This document shows, piece by piece, positions 45,373 to 55,718 of a stretch of 64,000 bases of DNA. A program made the translations under genes and the position numbers. The DNA comes from Candidatus Termititenax sp. (lineage in GTDB: Bacteria > Margulisbacteria > Riflemargulisbacteria > GWF2-35-9 > DYQY01), in NCBI GenBank assembly GCA_020719045.1, contig DYQY01000004.1, forward strand, positions 268-64,267. The letters run 5' to 3'. The notes beneath the pieces are model-generated. The model was not told the origin of the DNA and searched no databases. It was given only the letters and a program-made list of their open reading frames with translations. Numbering within the stretch: position 1 is the stretch's first letter; each line of letters begins with the position of its first letter.

Positions 45373-46881
45373 TTACCCCAAAAACTCCTGTTTAAATTTT
45401 TCTGTTATTTCTTTAATCTGAGCTTTCATCTCGTCATTCATCTCTTGCTTATTAGCGATATCCTCTAATATTTGTTTTGCATGAATTTCAATGTAAGAAA
45501 ATAATTCCTTCTCAAAAACCTTCAATTTATCAACACTCACGTCATCAAGTAATCCAGAAGAAGCTACCTGAAGAATAAGAACTTGTTTCTCAACAGACAT
45601 AGGCACATATTGATCTTGCTTAAGTACTTCTACTAGTCTTTTACCTCTTTCAAGCTGAGACATTGTAGCTTTATCTAAATCCGTACCAAACTGAGCAAAA
45701 GATTCCATTTCTCGATATTGAGCAAGGTCTAATCTAAGTGAGCCAGTTACACTCTTCATGGCCTTGGTTTGAGCTGATCCTCCTACTCTGGATACAGAAA
45801 TACCGACATTAACAGCTGGCCTTACTCCAGAATTAAAAAGGTCTGACTCTAAATATATCTGTCCATCTGTAATTGAAATTACATTAGTTGGAATGTATGC
45901 AGAAACGTCACCTGCTTGAGTTTCTACAATTGGAAGAGCTGTTAAAGAACCAGCGCCCTTCTCGTTGCTGTATTTTAGTGCTCTTTCTAATAATCTTGAA
46001 TGACAATAGAAAACATCACCAGGATATGCTTCACGTCCTGGTGGTCTTCTTAATAATAGTGATAATTGTCGATACGCTTGTGCGTGCTTACTTAAGTCAT
46101 CATATACAACCAAAACATGCTTTCCTTGGTCCATAAAATACTCACCAATAGAGCATCCAGCATATGGAGCAATATATTGAAGCGTAGCAGAATCACTAGC
46201 TGTTGCAGATACTACTACTGTATATTCAGTTGCACCAAAGTCTTGTAATTTCTGGTAAATCTGAGCAACTGTTGATCTCTTTTGACCAATCGCAACATAA
46301 ATACAAATAACGTCTTTACCTTTTTGGTTAATGATAGTATCAATTGCAATAGCAGTCTTTCCAGTTTTTCTATCGCCAATTATAAGCTCTCTTTGTCCTC
46401 TGCCAACTGGAATCATACTATCAATTGCTTTAATGCCAGTCTGAAGTGGTTCTTTAACTGGTTGTCTATCACAAATACCTGGAGCAATTCTTTCTAGTGA
46501 ACGCTGTTCTTCAAATTGAACATCACCTTTTCCATCAAGTGGTTCACCTAATGGTGAAACAACACGTCCCATTAGTCCATAACCAACAGGAAGATTAACG
46601 ATACGGTTAGTTCTTCTAACAATTTCGCCCTCTTTAACAAGTCTATCAGAACCTAAAATAACACAACCAATATTGTCTTCTTCTAAGTTAAGAGCCATAC
46701 CATAAACACCACTTTGAAAATGTAACAGTTCATTAGACATAACATTTTCTAAACCATATATTCTAGCTATATTGTCTCCAACTTGTATTACGTAGCCAAC
46801 TTCCTTTACGTCAATTGAGTTTACATAACCCTGTAATTCTTCATTTAGTATTCTTCTTATTTCATCAGATTTAATATTCAA
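45373..46881 (-). CDS. atpA: F1 alpha subunit
   Basis: [30 protein letters not shown]. Confidence 0.98.
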   Translation of the reverse strand: MNIKSDEIRRILNEELQGYVNSIDVKEVGYVIQVGDNIARIYGLENVMSNELLHFQSGVYGMALNLEEDNIGCVILGSDRLVKEGEIVRRTNRIVNLPVGYGLMGRVVSPLGEPLDGKGDVQFEEQRSLERIAPGICDRQPVKEPLQTGIKAIDSMIPVGRGQRELIIGDRKTGKTAIAIDTIINQKGKDVICIYVAIGQKRSTVAQIYQKLQDFGATEYTVVVSATASDSATLQYIAPYAGCSIGEYFMDQGKHVLVVYDDLSKHAQAYRQLSLLLRRPPGREAYPGDVFYCHSRLLERALKYSNEKGAGSLTALPIVETQAGDVSAYIPTNVISITDGQIYLESDLFNSGVRPAVNVGISVSRVGGSAQTKAMKSVTGSLRLDLAQYREMESFAQFGTDLDKATMSQLERGKRLVEVLKQDQYVPMSVEKQVLILQVASSGLLDDVSVDKLKVFEKELFSYIEIHAKQILEDIANKQEMNDEMKAQIKEITEKFKQEFLG

Positions 46882-46895
46882 CTCTATCCCCCCCT

Positions 46896-47438
46896 TTAGT
46901 TACTAACTTTTTCTAATAATGTAGACCTAATTTTACTTAATCTACCATTAACACTTAAATCAATCACAAAATCATCTTTCTTAATTATCACCCCTGCAAT
47001 TAGTTCAGGGTTTAATTTCTCATTAATAGCAATTTCTTGCTTAAATCTTTTTTTTAATGCTTGCTTTATCTCTGTTAATACAGAATCAGACAAAGGATAT
47101 CTTGTTTCAACAGTTACATACCCTTTGTTGTATGAGCGATTCATAAGTCTAATATATTCAAAATAAATACCATGGATTAAGTCAATTCTATTTCTTCTAA
47201 CTAACACAACTAATAAATTCTTAATTTCTTTAGGAAAATTAACTTTAGAATCAACACTTTCAAGATACGCAATCTTTCTTTCTTCATCAACGATATCACT
47301 TATTAAAAACTTAGTAACATGGTCTTCAAAAGCATCAGCTGCTAACTTTAAATCTTCAGCGACTTCAGAATATCTGTCTTTAGGTATATTCTGAATAAAA
47401 GCATCTGCATATCTCTCAATTAATTTAATACTTTTCAT
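46896..47438 (-). CDS. atpH: F1 delta subunit
   Basis: RYA.A, operon position, LIAGVII...D.VIDLSV.GRL. Confidence 0.88.
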   Translation of the reverse strand: MKSIKLIERYADAFIQNIPKDRYSEVAEDLKLAADAFEDHVTKFLISDIVDEERKIAYLESVDSKVNFPKEIKNLLVVLVRRNRIDLIHGIYFEYIRLMNRSYNKGYVTVETRYPLSDSVLTEIKQALKKRFKQEIAINEKLNPELIAGVIIKKDDFVIDLSVNGRLSKIRSTLLEKVSN

Positions 47439-47926
47439 TACTTAATCTCACTCAACTCATAAATATGATCTTTAATAATTCTTTCGTTATCATCCTGACT
47501 TATTTCTTTTTGAATTATTTTAGAAGCAATATCAACTGAAATATCAGCTATCTGATTTTTCAGCTCTTTTTTGGCTACTTTTATTTCATTTTCTAACGCT
47601 TGTTTACCAACCAATAACATATTTTTAACTTTGTTTTCAGTATCAGCCAACATTTTCTGCTTCTCATTTTGAGCACTAACAATAGTGTTCTCAATAAAAA
47701 TTTTAGCTTCAACTTTAGCTTTCTCCATCTCAGCTTTTGCCAACTTTAACGCTTCTTCAGAGTCAGTCTTTAGTTTCTCAGCATTATCATATTCAGTCTG
47801 AATATCTTCAGCTCTTTTCTCTAAAAAATTCTTCAGTGGTTTATATAAGAACTTCTTCATAACAAAAAGCAATAAAGCAAAATTTGTAATCTGCATTAAA
47901 AGTTCCCATGGATTAATCTCAACCAT
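47438..47926 (-). CDS. atpF: Fo b subunit
   Basis: N-terminal TM Q..NF.LL.F.MKKFLYKP followed by a coiled coil. Confidence 0.92.
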   Translation of the reverse strand: MVEINPWELLMQITNFALLLFVMKKFLYKPLKNFLEKRAEDIQTEYDNAEKLKTDSEEALKLAKAEMEKAKVEAKIFIENTIVSAQNEKQKMLADTENKVKNMLLVGKQALENEIKVAKKELKNQIADISVDIASKIIQKEISQDDNERIIKDHIYELSEIK

Positions 47927-47951
47927 TTAAATTCCCCTTCTTTGCTTTTTA

Positions 47952-48209
<258 letters not shown>

Positions 48210-48229
48210 CTATTTATTTTTTTACTTCT

Positions 48230-48940
48230 TCAAAATATAAACATCAAAATCATTGCTACTACTAAAGAGTAAATAGCAGTTGATTGCGCTACTGATTGAC
48301 CCAAAAGCATAGTGGTTGTTACCGCTTTGCTTGACTTGGCATTAAATCCTATCGAACTTGTTGCCATCTCCGCAGTTAAACCACAACCAAGACCAGGACC
48401 TATTGCTCCAAACCCCATAGATAGTCCAGCACCCAAAATAGCTGCATTATGAAGTAAAGACTGAGTATGTGTTTGAAAAATCAATAACAACGTAACAACC
48501 AAAGCAAAAATAACAGAAGTCTGCGTAACCGCCTGCCCAATTAACATACAAATCATTAAACCTCCAGAATTCTCAGGTTTACGACCAATACCTTCACAAG
48601 TTGCCCCGACTGCTAACCCAGCACCTACTCCAGGCCCAAGAGCACCAACACCAATACATAACCCAGCAGAAACATAAGCAAACATAGCTGTCATAGAAGT
48701 ATCTCCACCTTTAAATAATAAAATTAAAGATACTAACAAAGCGAAGATACCTGAAGTTTCTGTAACCGCTTGTCCAATAAGCATTGTTCTTAACAAAGTA
48801 CCGCTTTGGTCAGGTTGTCTATTCATGGCCTTAATTGCCTTACCAGCGGCATATCCAACTCCAGCAGCTGTCCCAAGTGCACCTATTCCAACAGCAAGAC
48901 CAGAACCAACATAAGCACCAATTAACCCATAACTTAACAT
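48230..48940 (-). CDS. atpE: Triplicated Fo c subunit (3 hairpins, 6 TM)
   Basis: Three c repeats ending GQAVTETSGIF, GQAVTQTSVIF and GQSVAQSTAIY. Confidence 0.9.
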   Translation of the reverse strand: MLSYGLIGAYVGSGLAVGIGALGTAAGVGYAAGKAIKAMNRQPDQSGTLLRTMLIGQAVTETSGIFALLVSLILLFKGGDTSMTAMFAYVSAGLCIGVGALGPGVGAGLAVGATCEGIGRKPENSGGLMICMLIGQAVTQTSVIFALVVTLLLIFQTHTQSLLHNAAILGAGLSMGFGAIGPGLGCGLTAEMATSSIGFNAKSSKAVTTTMLLGQSVAQSTAIYSLVVAMILMFIF

Positions 48941-48945
48941 ATCAA

Positions 48946-49839
48946 CTACTCCTTAACCGCAACAGCAATATATGTTACTGCAAGCATTGTAAATACAAAG
49001 GCCTGAATCGTTCCAGCAAATAAACCAAAGAAAGCACCTAGAAAAGTAGTCATTACAATATAAATTAAAATAAAAATTCCAATTAAAATAGACATAAATG
49101 TACCAGAAATAATACCTACTGTTGAATAGTCGACCACAGGAATCAGCGAATACAATAAATAACTTAATATAGTAATAATAATAGAACCACCTAATAAATT
49201 ACCGAACAAACGAAAGGAATGTGAAACAACCTTAGCTAGCTCTCCAATAATATTTAAATAAAAGAATGGATTAAGCCAAAATAAAAACAACCAAATACCA
49301 TCAGCTGGTAATGGATCCATGTAACCTTTAAAATAAGAAACAATTCCTTTTATTCTAATAGCAGAAATATGAACAACAGCAGCACTAAGTAAACCTAACC
49401 CAAGCGTTGTACTTAAAAACTTTGTTGGTTCTTGAAAAACCGGCATATATAACATCCATTGATAAGCAACGTTTGGAATATAGGTATATTTATCAAGTAT
49501 ACTTAAAATTAAATAAAAGAAATGTAAAATTGGAGGTATTACTCCTAAGTAGTTGCAAAATAAAATAAAAATAAATAAAGTACAAATATAAGGAACATAA
49601 GGTTCACCAAGTTCTTTACCTAAAGTTGAATAAGTTAAATCTCTAAAGGTTTTGTAATACAATTCAAGAGCCATTTGAAGCTTTCTAGGTTTTTTTTGGA
49701 GCTTTCTTGTGCCAACAATGGCAATAGTTATAATTAATACCATAACTATCCATGTCATAAGCAACATAACAGGACTATAAGAAATGGTTTGTCCGAATAA
49801 TTCTATCTGCCATTTGAGTATTTTACCAATACTATCCAT
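48946..49839 (-). CDS. atpB: Fo a subunit
   Basis: SHSFRLFGN (essential Arg) and IQAFVFTMLA.TYI. Confidence 0.93.
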   Translation of the reverse strand: MDSIGKILKWQIELFGQTISYSPVMLLMTWIVMVLIITIAIVGTRKLQKKPRKLQMALELYYKTFRDLTYSTLGKELGEPYVPYICTLFIFILFCNYLGVIPPILHFFYLILSILDKYTYIPNVAYQWMLYMPVFQEPTKFLSTTLGLGLLSAAVVHISAIRIKGIVSYFKGYMDPLPADGIWLFLFWLNPFFYLNIIGELAKVVSHSFRLFGNLLGGSIIITILSYLLYSLIPVVDYSTVGIISGTFMSILIGIFILIYIVMTTFLGAFFGLFAGTIQAFVFTMLAVTYIAVAVKE

Positions 49840-50011
49840 TTTGACCCCCAGCTCTAGTACTGATTAAATTAACACAAAATAATTGCTTTGTTAAGGTTTT
49901 AAGAAAAAACTATTATTAAATAATTATTACGATCAAATCTTCTATTCGTCCATTCCTCTATACCTCCAATACATATTGTTATTCAAGGCTTTCTTTGCTA
50001 ATATTTATAAC

Positions 50012-50458
50012 ATGAACAAGAAGAAAGCATTTACCCTAATTGAGCTATTAATAGTTATGACCGTTATTGCTATATTAGCTGGCATATTGATACCTTCTTT
50101 TCGCGGTTATCAATCTGAAGCATGGATTATTAAGGCAGAAGGAGACGTAGGATCACTTCAGCTTGGTGTTGAATCTTTCTTTAGAAAGCATGCAAATGAA
50201 TACCCAGACTCACTTGAAGATTTACTTGAGGAGAATCCAAGGTTCATAACTACAATGCCACAAGACCCATTCAAAACAGATGGTAAACTATATGGATATG
50301 AAATAGTTTACAAAAAACCTGGGAATGAACCATTTTATATAATTTATTCTCATGGTCCAAATAGATACAAAAACTGGAACTGGAATGAAACAAGAGGATT
50401 TGTAGTAATGGAATCTAACAGTGACGACATTATCTTCACTAATGCAAGACTTCAATAA
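50012..50458 (+). CDS. Type IV pilin / GspG-like prepilin
   Basis: MNKKKA|FTLIELLIVMTVIAILAGILIP class III signal, YP..L..L, and P.DPF. Confidence 0.85.
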   Translation: MNKKKAFTLIELLIVMTVIAILAGILIPSFRGYQSEAWIIKAEGDVGSLQLGVESFFRKHANEYPDSLEDLLEENPRFITTMPQDPFKTDGKLYGYEIVYKKPGNEPFYIIYSHGPNRYKNWNWNETRGFVVMESNSDDIIFTNARLQ

Positions 50459-50531
50459 TTAAACTACCAACTTTAAAATATAAATCTTTTATGCAATAAT
50501 ACTTTAGTCAATATAAAATACGGAGGTCAAA

Positions 50532-50768
50532 ATGGCGGAAATACTTGAATGCAAGCACGGAATATTTAAACAAACATGTGTGCTTTGTCATGAACTATCT
50601 GATGAAGTTGTAATTAAAGAGAAACAAGAAGCATTAACAATGAAGAATTGGCAGACATCTTCTTTTATGGGCAACTCTGCACATAACTCTGCGTTTATTG
50701 AACAAGAATATGACATAGACAATGCTTATGATATTGAACCAATAGAAATCGATTCTGACGACGAATAA
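50532..50768 (+). CDS. Small acidic protein with a putative Zn-binding motif
   Basis: GGAGG SD, CKHG.....C.LC motif, D/E-rich tail, followed by a terminator. Confidence 0.7.
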   Translation: MAEILECKHGIFKQTCVLCHELSDEVVIKEKQEALTMKNWQTSSFMGNSAHNSAFIEQEYDIDNAYDIEPIEIDSDDE

Positions 50769-50794
50769 TAAGACTTCACATTTAATTTAGAAAC

Positions 50795-50823
50795 AAAAAA
50801 ACCCTCATTACTGAGGGTTTTTT
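50795..50823. terminator. Bidirectional intrinsic terminator
   Basis: AAAAAACCCTCA-TTAC-TGAGGGTTTTTT between convergent genes. Confidence 0.85.
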
Positions 50824-50848
50824 ATTATCATTAGTTACTAAATACTTT

Positions 50849-52639
50849 TTAGAAAGAATCCCAGTCAAATAAATCTTTAACTAATTTCTGTCCCATAGTT
50901 GTATTATAAATAATCTTTGCAAATTCTGCTCTAGTAATTGTTCTCTTTGGCTGGAATGTTCCGTCATTATAACCATTGATTAGACCATTATCTACAGCAA
51001 CTTCAATATACTTAGTAGACCATCTACTAACAGAAACATCTTTAAATCTACTCTTTAATGCTTTATCAGGAATAGTTAATCCTTCTAAAATAACTAAAGC
51101 TGATACTAACTGTTCTCTAGTTAAACTCTCTTCAGGTGAAAACTCTGTCGCAGAAGTACCAAGCATCAGTCCTGTCTGTCCTACAAGCTGAATATAATCA
51201 ACATATGGATGTTGTGCAATATCAGTAAACTTGTAGCCAGAAGATAAATTAATATCCTGAGTATTTAAGTTCTTTAAAGAACACAATACTTTAGCGTACT
51301 CTGCTCTAGTAACATTACCTTCAGGATTAAAGGTATCAGCTGTCTTTGGTCTTAATAACCCAAGAGTAGTTAATTCTTCAATATATTTTCTAGCCCAGTT
51401 ATGCATATCAACATCAGCAAAAGACATTAAGTAAATGTTTCTTAACTTAAGCTTTTGAAGAACTTTACTATCTTTATCTAAAACCTCAATGGTTATAGCT
51501 TGCTTTCCATAGTCCTGGAACTTAATAGTAGACATGATTCTGCTATTCTTAATCTCTACATCTGTTCCATTAATCTTTACCTTAGCTACTTTTGGAACTA
51601 CAGAACCAAGAACCTTGTGCATATTCTCATATGTTACAACTTTATCCTCTGGACTCTTTATCTGCATATACTCATCAGTATATACTTCCTCAGGTTTCAT
51701 AAGGTCAAAAGCAATAGAAAAATAATGAGTGTTATTTGCAGAAAAATCATTTGGATCTAGAGAATATGCATAATCAAATTTGATACCATCAAAATTGATT
51801 CCAACACCTAATGAAAAAATATTAACTGCTGATACATTATTAGTACCTGATGCCCACTTCTCATTACCATAACCAGCTCTAAAAGCTAGCATAGAGTTAG
51901 GTTGATACTCTGCACCAACTTTAATCATTGATTGTTGATCAACAATTCCATAATCCATAGAAAAGTCTAGTTTTTGATTCTTAGAGTATAAGAATGTACC
52001 AGCTTCTCTACCAATAAACCTGTAAGCGCCACCAAAGGTTAGCTTCTGTTGTAAATTATCTTCTCCACCACCATTTACTTTAATTTTTATAGGAAAAAAG
52101 TTTTGGTAAACTGCTGATAGTTTTAAAGCAGGAAACGCCTGATAAAGAATACCTAAATCAGCATTATAAACTGAATTATTAAAGCCATCTGCATTAGCGT
52201 ATCTATACTTACCAGTTAATCCAAGAAATAATTTATCATCAACCTTAGCAGAAACACTACCTAAAAGTGAAATATCATTGTAACCAAGCATATTACTAAA
52301 CACATATCTATCAGTATCCCAGGATGCTTGAGGTATATTAGTTCCAATATAGTAGAACCCTAACCCATAACTAATATCACCAGGGAAAACGACTGCACCA
52401 TTAATAAGATTAACATCAGAAAATAAATTGCTTTGCATTAAGCCTACTTGAGCAATACTGTTTTGTCCCATTGCTGCAGGATTAACAAACACAGCAGAAT
52501 AATCATCAACTAATGCTGAGTATGCATTACCTACTCCAATACCTCTTGCGCTTGTATAACGATAAGATGGGTCAACAGAACCAGTCGCTAACAACAATCC
52601 AAACAAACTTACTACAAAACCAACCCTTAATGCTTTCAT
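50849..52639 (-). CDS. PorV/FadL-like outer-membrane beta-barrel fused to three C-terminal SLH domains
   Basis: Signal peptide, SARGIGVGNAYSALVDDYSAVFVNPAAMG N-terminal motif, barrel strands ending THYFSIAF, and SLH repeats (F.DV...W, TRAE, TREQ, ITRAEF). Confidence 0.8.
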   Translation of the reverse strand: MKALRVGFVVSLFGLLLATGSVDPSYRYTSARGIGVGNAYSALVDDYSAVFVNPAAMGQNSIAQVGLMQSNLFSDVNLINGAVVFPGDISYGLGFYYIGTNIPQASWDTDRYVFSNMLGYNDISLLGSVSAKVDDKLFLGLTGKYRYANADGFNNSVYNADLGILYQAFPALKLSAVYQNFFPIKIKVNGGGEDNLQQKLTFGGAYRFIGREAGTFLYSKNQKLDFSMDYGIVDQQSMIKVGAEYQPNSMLAFRAGYGNEKWASGTNNVSAVNIFSLGVGINFDGIKFDYAYSLDPNDFSANNTHYFSIAFDLMKPEEVYTDEYMQIKSPEDKVVTYENMHKVLGSVVPKVAKVKINGTDVEIKNSRIMSTIKFQDYGKQAITIEVLDKDSKVLQKLKLRNIYLMSFADVDMHNWARKYIEELTTLGLLRPKTADTFNPEGNVTRAEYAKVLCSLKNLNTQDINLSSGYKFTDIAQHPYVDYIQLVGQTGLMLGTSATEFSPEESLTREQLVSALVILEGLTIPDKALKSRFKDVSVSRWSTKYIEVAVDNGLINGYNDGTFQPKRTITRAEFAKIIYNTTMGQKLVKDLFDWDSF

Positions 52640-52648
52640 GACTCCTCC

Positions 52649-55528
52649 TTATCTGGTTACCAGGAACTTGCTGGTACCTAACACAGACTTGCCGTGTACT
52701 ATCTGAACAAAATATAAACCAATTGCTAACTTATCATTGAAAGCATCAACACCATTGAAACTTATCTGATTATATCCAGTACTTCCACCAGTAAATCCTC
52801 TTGAATAGATGTTTCTCCATACTACTTGACCTAATAGGTTGTAAACATAAACCTCAACATCACCTTGAGCAGTTAGCTCGTATGCAATATCCATATTACC
52901 GTTATTTGGGTTATATGGCATTGGGTAGCATAGTACCTTTGATCCTGGTTTTAAAGTTACGGTACCAGAGCTATCAGCTACCACCATTTTTTCAACTACA
53001 TTTGACTTCATATCTGTAAAATCATCTCTTACAACAAAAATATCTAACTCATTAATTCCTGAATCTAAAGTAACTGGAATTACAACCCTCTTAGAATAGT
53101 TAGTATTATCAGCTGGTACAGATATTGAGTTCTTTGTAACACCATTAGATTTAATATATAAAGTTACATTCCAAGTATTTGCATAACAATCAACAGAAAC
53201 AGCTAAATCAACATTACCCTGTAAATAATCACCATCTCTAACACTTCTTGTTACAGAACCTGCTTGGGAATATTGAACTGTGTTGTTAACTGTTAAGTAT
53301 CCATTAATACTAAATAGTCCACCAAGTTGATACAATGGTTTATCTGCAGCAGTTGCACTAGAATACATTCCTAAATTGTTTTCATTATAAGCAAACACTG
53401 AGTAGTAATAAACAGTACCATCAATCATAGGTTCTTGGAATGTTGTTCCAGAAGTAACTACGAAGCTTGTTCCTTCAGTTATACTTACTGGGAAGGTGCT
53501 TGTATTTGGATAACTTGTGACGTTTCTTACAACCAAGTATGATGTTGCACCAATCGATTCTTCCCATGTTAATTTAGCAAATGGACCAAACACGGTTGCT
53601 TTTAAGTTCTGTACGTTTGCAGGTGTTCCATAGAAGAACTCTACATCATCAATATTAATCTGAGATTTGTCATTAGAACCATCTATCTTCAACTGAACAG
53701 CAACTGCATTCTTAAGTACATCGATTAAAGATACCTTTGTTCCCCATGCACTATTCTGTGACATACTATTGAAATATATATAATAAGTATTCCATGTTGC
53801 AGTATTAGCGACTGAAACCATATTAGTATGTCTATTGTAGTCAACATATACTGGAGAATCTATCTCTAAACCAATGTTAGCTGAACCATATGCTCTAAAC
53901 TTAACACCACTGAAGCCAGAAATATTTTGAAGATTAGTTGATACAGCATCTAATCCAAAGCCGATACCAACGAATGGTTTACTAAAAGCTGTATTCACAT
54001 CATACGATACGAAAGCAACTTTATTAGAACCATCAATAACAATACTCATTGTAACTTCAGAATTTCCATAGTTTGGAGAAGCCTTATCATTATAAACATA
54101 GTTATAGCCACCCCACTTATTCTGGTTACCGTTTTCGAAGTTTGTAATTACTCTTCCTTTTTCAAAAACTATTGAATTACCAGTACTTCCTGTACCCATA
54201 TCACCAGAAACTAAGTATATCTCATCAACTTGGAACCATCCATTAGTGCCAGATACTTGAGGATAAGCCTTAAACTTAAGTGATAACATTCTTTGTAATG
54301 CTGTCTGTAGGCTAACCTGTGTTCCCCAGCTATCCTGAGTAAAATGTGACAATGATATTACATATTCTTTCCAGTCATTAGTTAGTGTAACAACATTATA
54401 AAAATGATTGTAATCTGATATTACATCTGTTGTTGTTTCTAGCTCAACTGCAATACTTCCAGCACCTTTAGCAATAAATCTTATCGCACCAAAGGAAGCT
54501 ATATTTCTTTCTGCTTTATTAGCTTTAAGATCAAGACCATATCCAGAGTAAATAGCACCTGCACCTTGAAGCACATAGTTTTGTCTATATGACTTTAAAG
54601 TACCAACTGCACCCTCTGACATAATCGAGTCCCCATATAAAGATTCATCATTTTTATATGAATAGTTATATCCACCAAGTTTATTAATTCTAAAAATTGA
54701 GCTACCTGCTTCAAAATCCTCAATTAACAATCCATCAATAGTAGTTATATTTATTGTTGGATTAACTGTTGGAACAATTGGTCCTGTTGGAACAACTGGA
54801 GTAGTTGTAGGTGTACCCTCAAAAATAGTCAAATTAGCTGTATTTAAATAAAGATCAATTACAGCAGGAACATAGTCTACCGTTAGTCTACTATCAAAAC
54901 CAAATCCTTCTGACGAAGTCCAAGCCACTAACTCATAGCCATTTGGATTAGGAAAAACATTTCCTGATTCATCTCTAAATGAGTTCATATTGAAATATTG
55001 TCTGTAACCTAAAGAATAATCCCTACTAGTAGTATAATCGTTTCTATAAAGAACAACCTGTGGAATGCTATATTCAAAAAGGTCATTAATAGCTCTAACA
55101 AAAACAAAAACATCATTACTTACTAGAATAGTATTTGAGTCTAACATGTATACTTTATTAAGAACTAATTGACCACCTTGATCAATTGGATTCTCCGCGG
55201 TTCTTAAACTAAAATTTTGACCATTATTTAAATACTTACTTCCACCGCTATTAATCTGAAAAGTATAGTTTGTGCTTGCATCAAGAAACTTAACAACAAT
55301 TATATGTATCTTATCAGAAACACTAGATCCTCTTAAATCATATGCTATGGTATTAGGTACTGTATTACCCCACTCAATGTATCCTTCTTCTGCTTGGTCT
55401 GTATACCAAACGACTGTGAAGCTTTTATCTGTTACGTCAACTATCTGGATATTTTTTGGTGTTGATGCAAAGCTAAGTCCACTTATTACTAGAAGGAAAA
55501 AACTTAGTACTATTAATTTTAACTTCAT
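52649..55528 (-). CDS. Secreted multidomain protein: FN3-like + two CBM11/CIA30-like + FN3 + T9SS-type-A/FlgD-like C-terminal domain
   Basis: Signal peptide, LIEDFE and ITNFE..IDDVEF beta-sandwiches, P/T linker, C-terminus CYPMPYNP...VYVYNLLGQVV...GLYFVQI...KFLVTR. Confidence 0.75.
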   Translation of the reverse strand: MKLKLIVLSFFLLVISGLSFASTPKNIQIVDVTDKSFTVVWYTDQAEEGYIEWGNTVPNTIAYDLRGSSVSDKIHIIVVKFLDASTNYTFQINSGGSKYLNNGQNFSLRTAENPIDQGGQLVLNKVYMLDSNTILVSNDVFVFVRAINDLFEYSIPQVVLYRNDYTTSRDYSLGYRQYFNMNSFRDESGNVFPNPNGYELVAWTSSEGFGFDSRLTVDYVPAVIDLYLNTANLTIFEGTPTTTPVVPTGPIVPTVNPTINITTIDGLLIEDFEAGSSIFRINKLGGYNYSYKNDESLYGDSIMSEGAVGTLKSYRQNYVLQGAGAIYSGYGLDLKANKAERNIASFGAIRFIAKGAGSIAVELETTTDVISDYNHFYNVVTLTNDWKEYVISLSHFTQDSWGTQVSLQTALQRMLSLKFKAYPQVSGTNGWFQVDEIYLVSGDMGTGSTGNSIVFEKGRVITNFENGNQNKWGGYNYVYNDKASPNYGNSEVTMSIVIDGSNKVAFVSYDVNTAFSKPFVGIGFGLDAVSTNLQNISGFSGVKFRAYGSANIGLEIDSPVYVDYNRHTNMVSVANTATWNTYYIYFNSMSQNSAWGTKVSLIDVLKNAVAVQLKIDGSNDKSQINIDDVEFFYGTPANVQNLKATVFGPFAKLTWEESIGATSYLVVRNVTSYPNTSTFPVSITEGTSFVVTSGTTFQEPMIDGTVYYYSVFAYNENNLGMYSSATAADKPLYQLGGLFSINGYLTVNNTVQYSQAGSVTRSVRDGDYLQGNVDLAVSVDCYANTWNVTLYIKSNGVTKNSISVPADNTNYSKRVVIPVTLDSGINELDIFVVRDDFTDMKSNVVEKMVVADSSGTVTLKPGSKVLCYPMPYNPNNGNMDIAYELTAQGDVEVYVYNLLGQVVWRNIYSRGFTGGSTGYNQISFNGVDAFNDKLAIGLYFVQIVHGKSVLGTSKFLVTR

Positions 55529-55562
55529 TATTACACTCTCCTAAAGAATTCTTTCAATAATC

Positions 55563-55589
55563 TATCGAAAGAAAAAATCATAATTCCCA
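55563..55589 (-). promoter_or_regulatory. Candidate alternative-sigma promoter TGGGAA-N16-CGATA
   Basis: Minus strand reads TGGGAA ttatgattttttcttt CGATA, ending 35 nt before ATG 55528 and lying downstream of a terminator. Confidence 0.65.
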
Positions 55590-55660
55590 TTTAATTATAT
55601 TTATTTTTATGAATATATTTTCTATATAGATAGTATAAAGGATTGAATCAAAAAATCAAC

Positions 55661-55692
55661 AACAAAAGGGGGCACCAGATGGTGCCCCCTTT
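55661..55692 (-). terminator. Intrinsic terminator after the 2024-aa gene
   Basis: Hairpin AAAGGGGGCACCA-GA-TGGTGCCCCCTTT, with TTTTGTT on the minus strand. Confidence 0.85.
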
Positions 55693-55718
55693 AATTCTTA
55701 AAAATTAAAAAACTTAAA

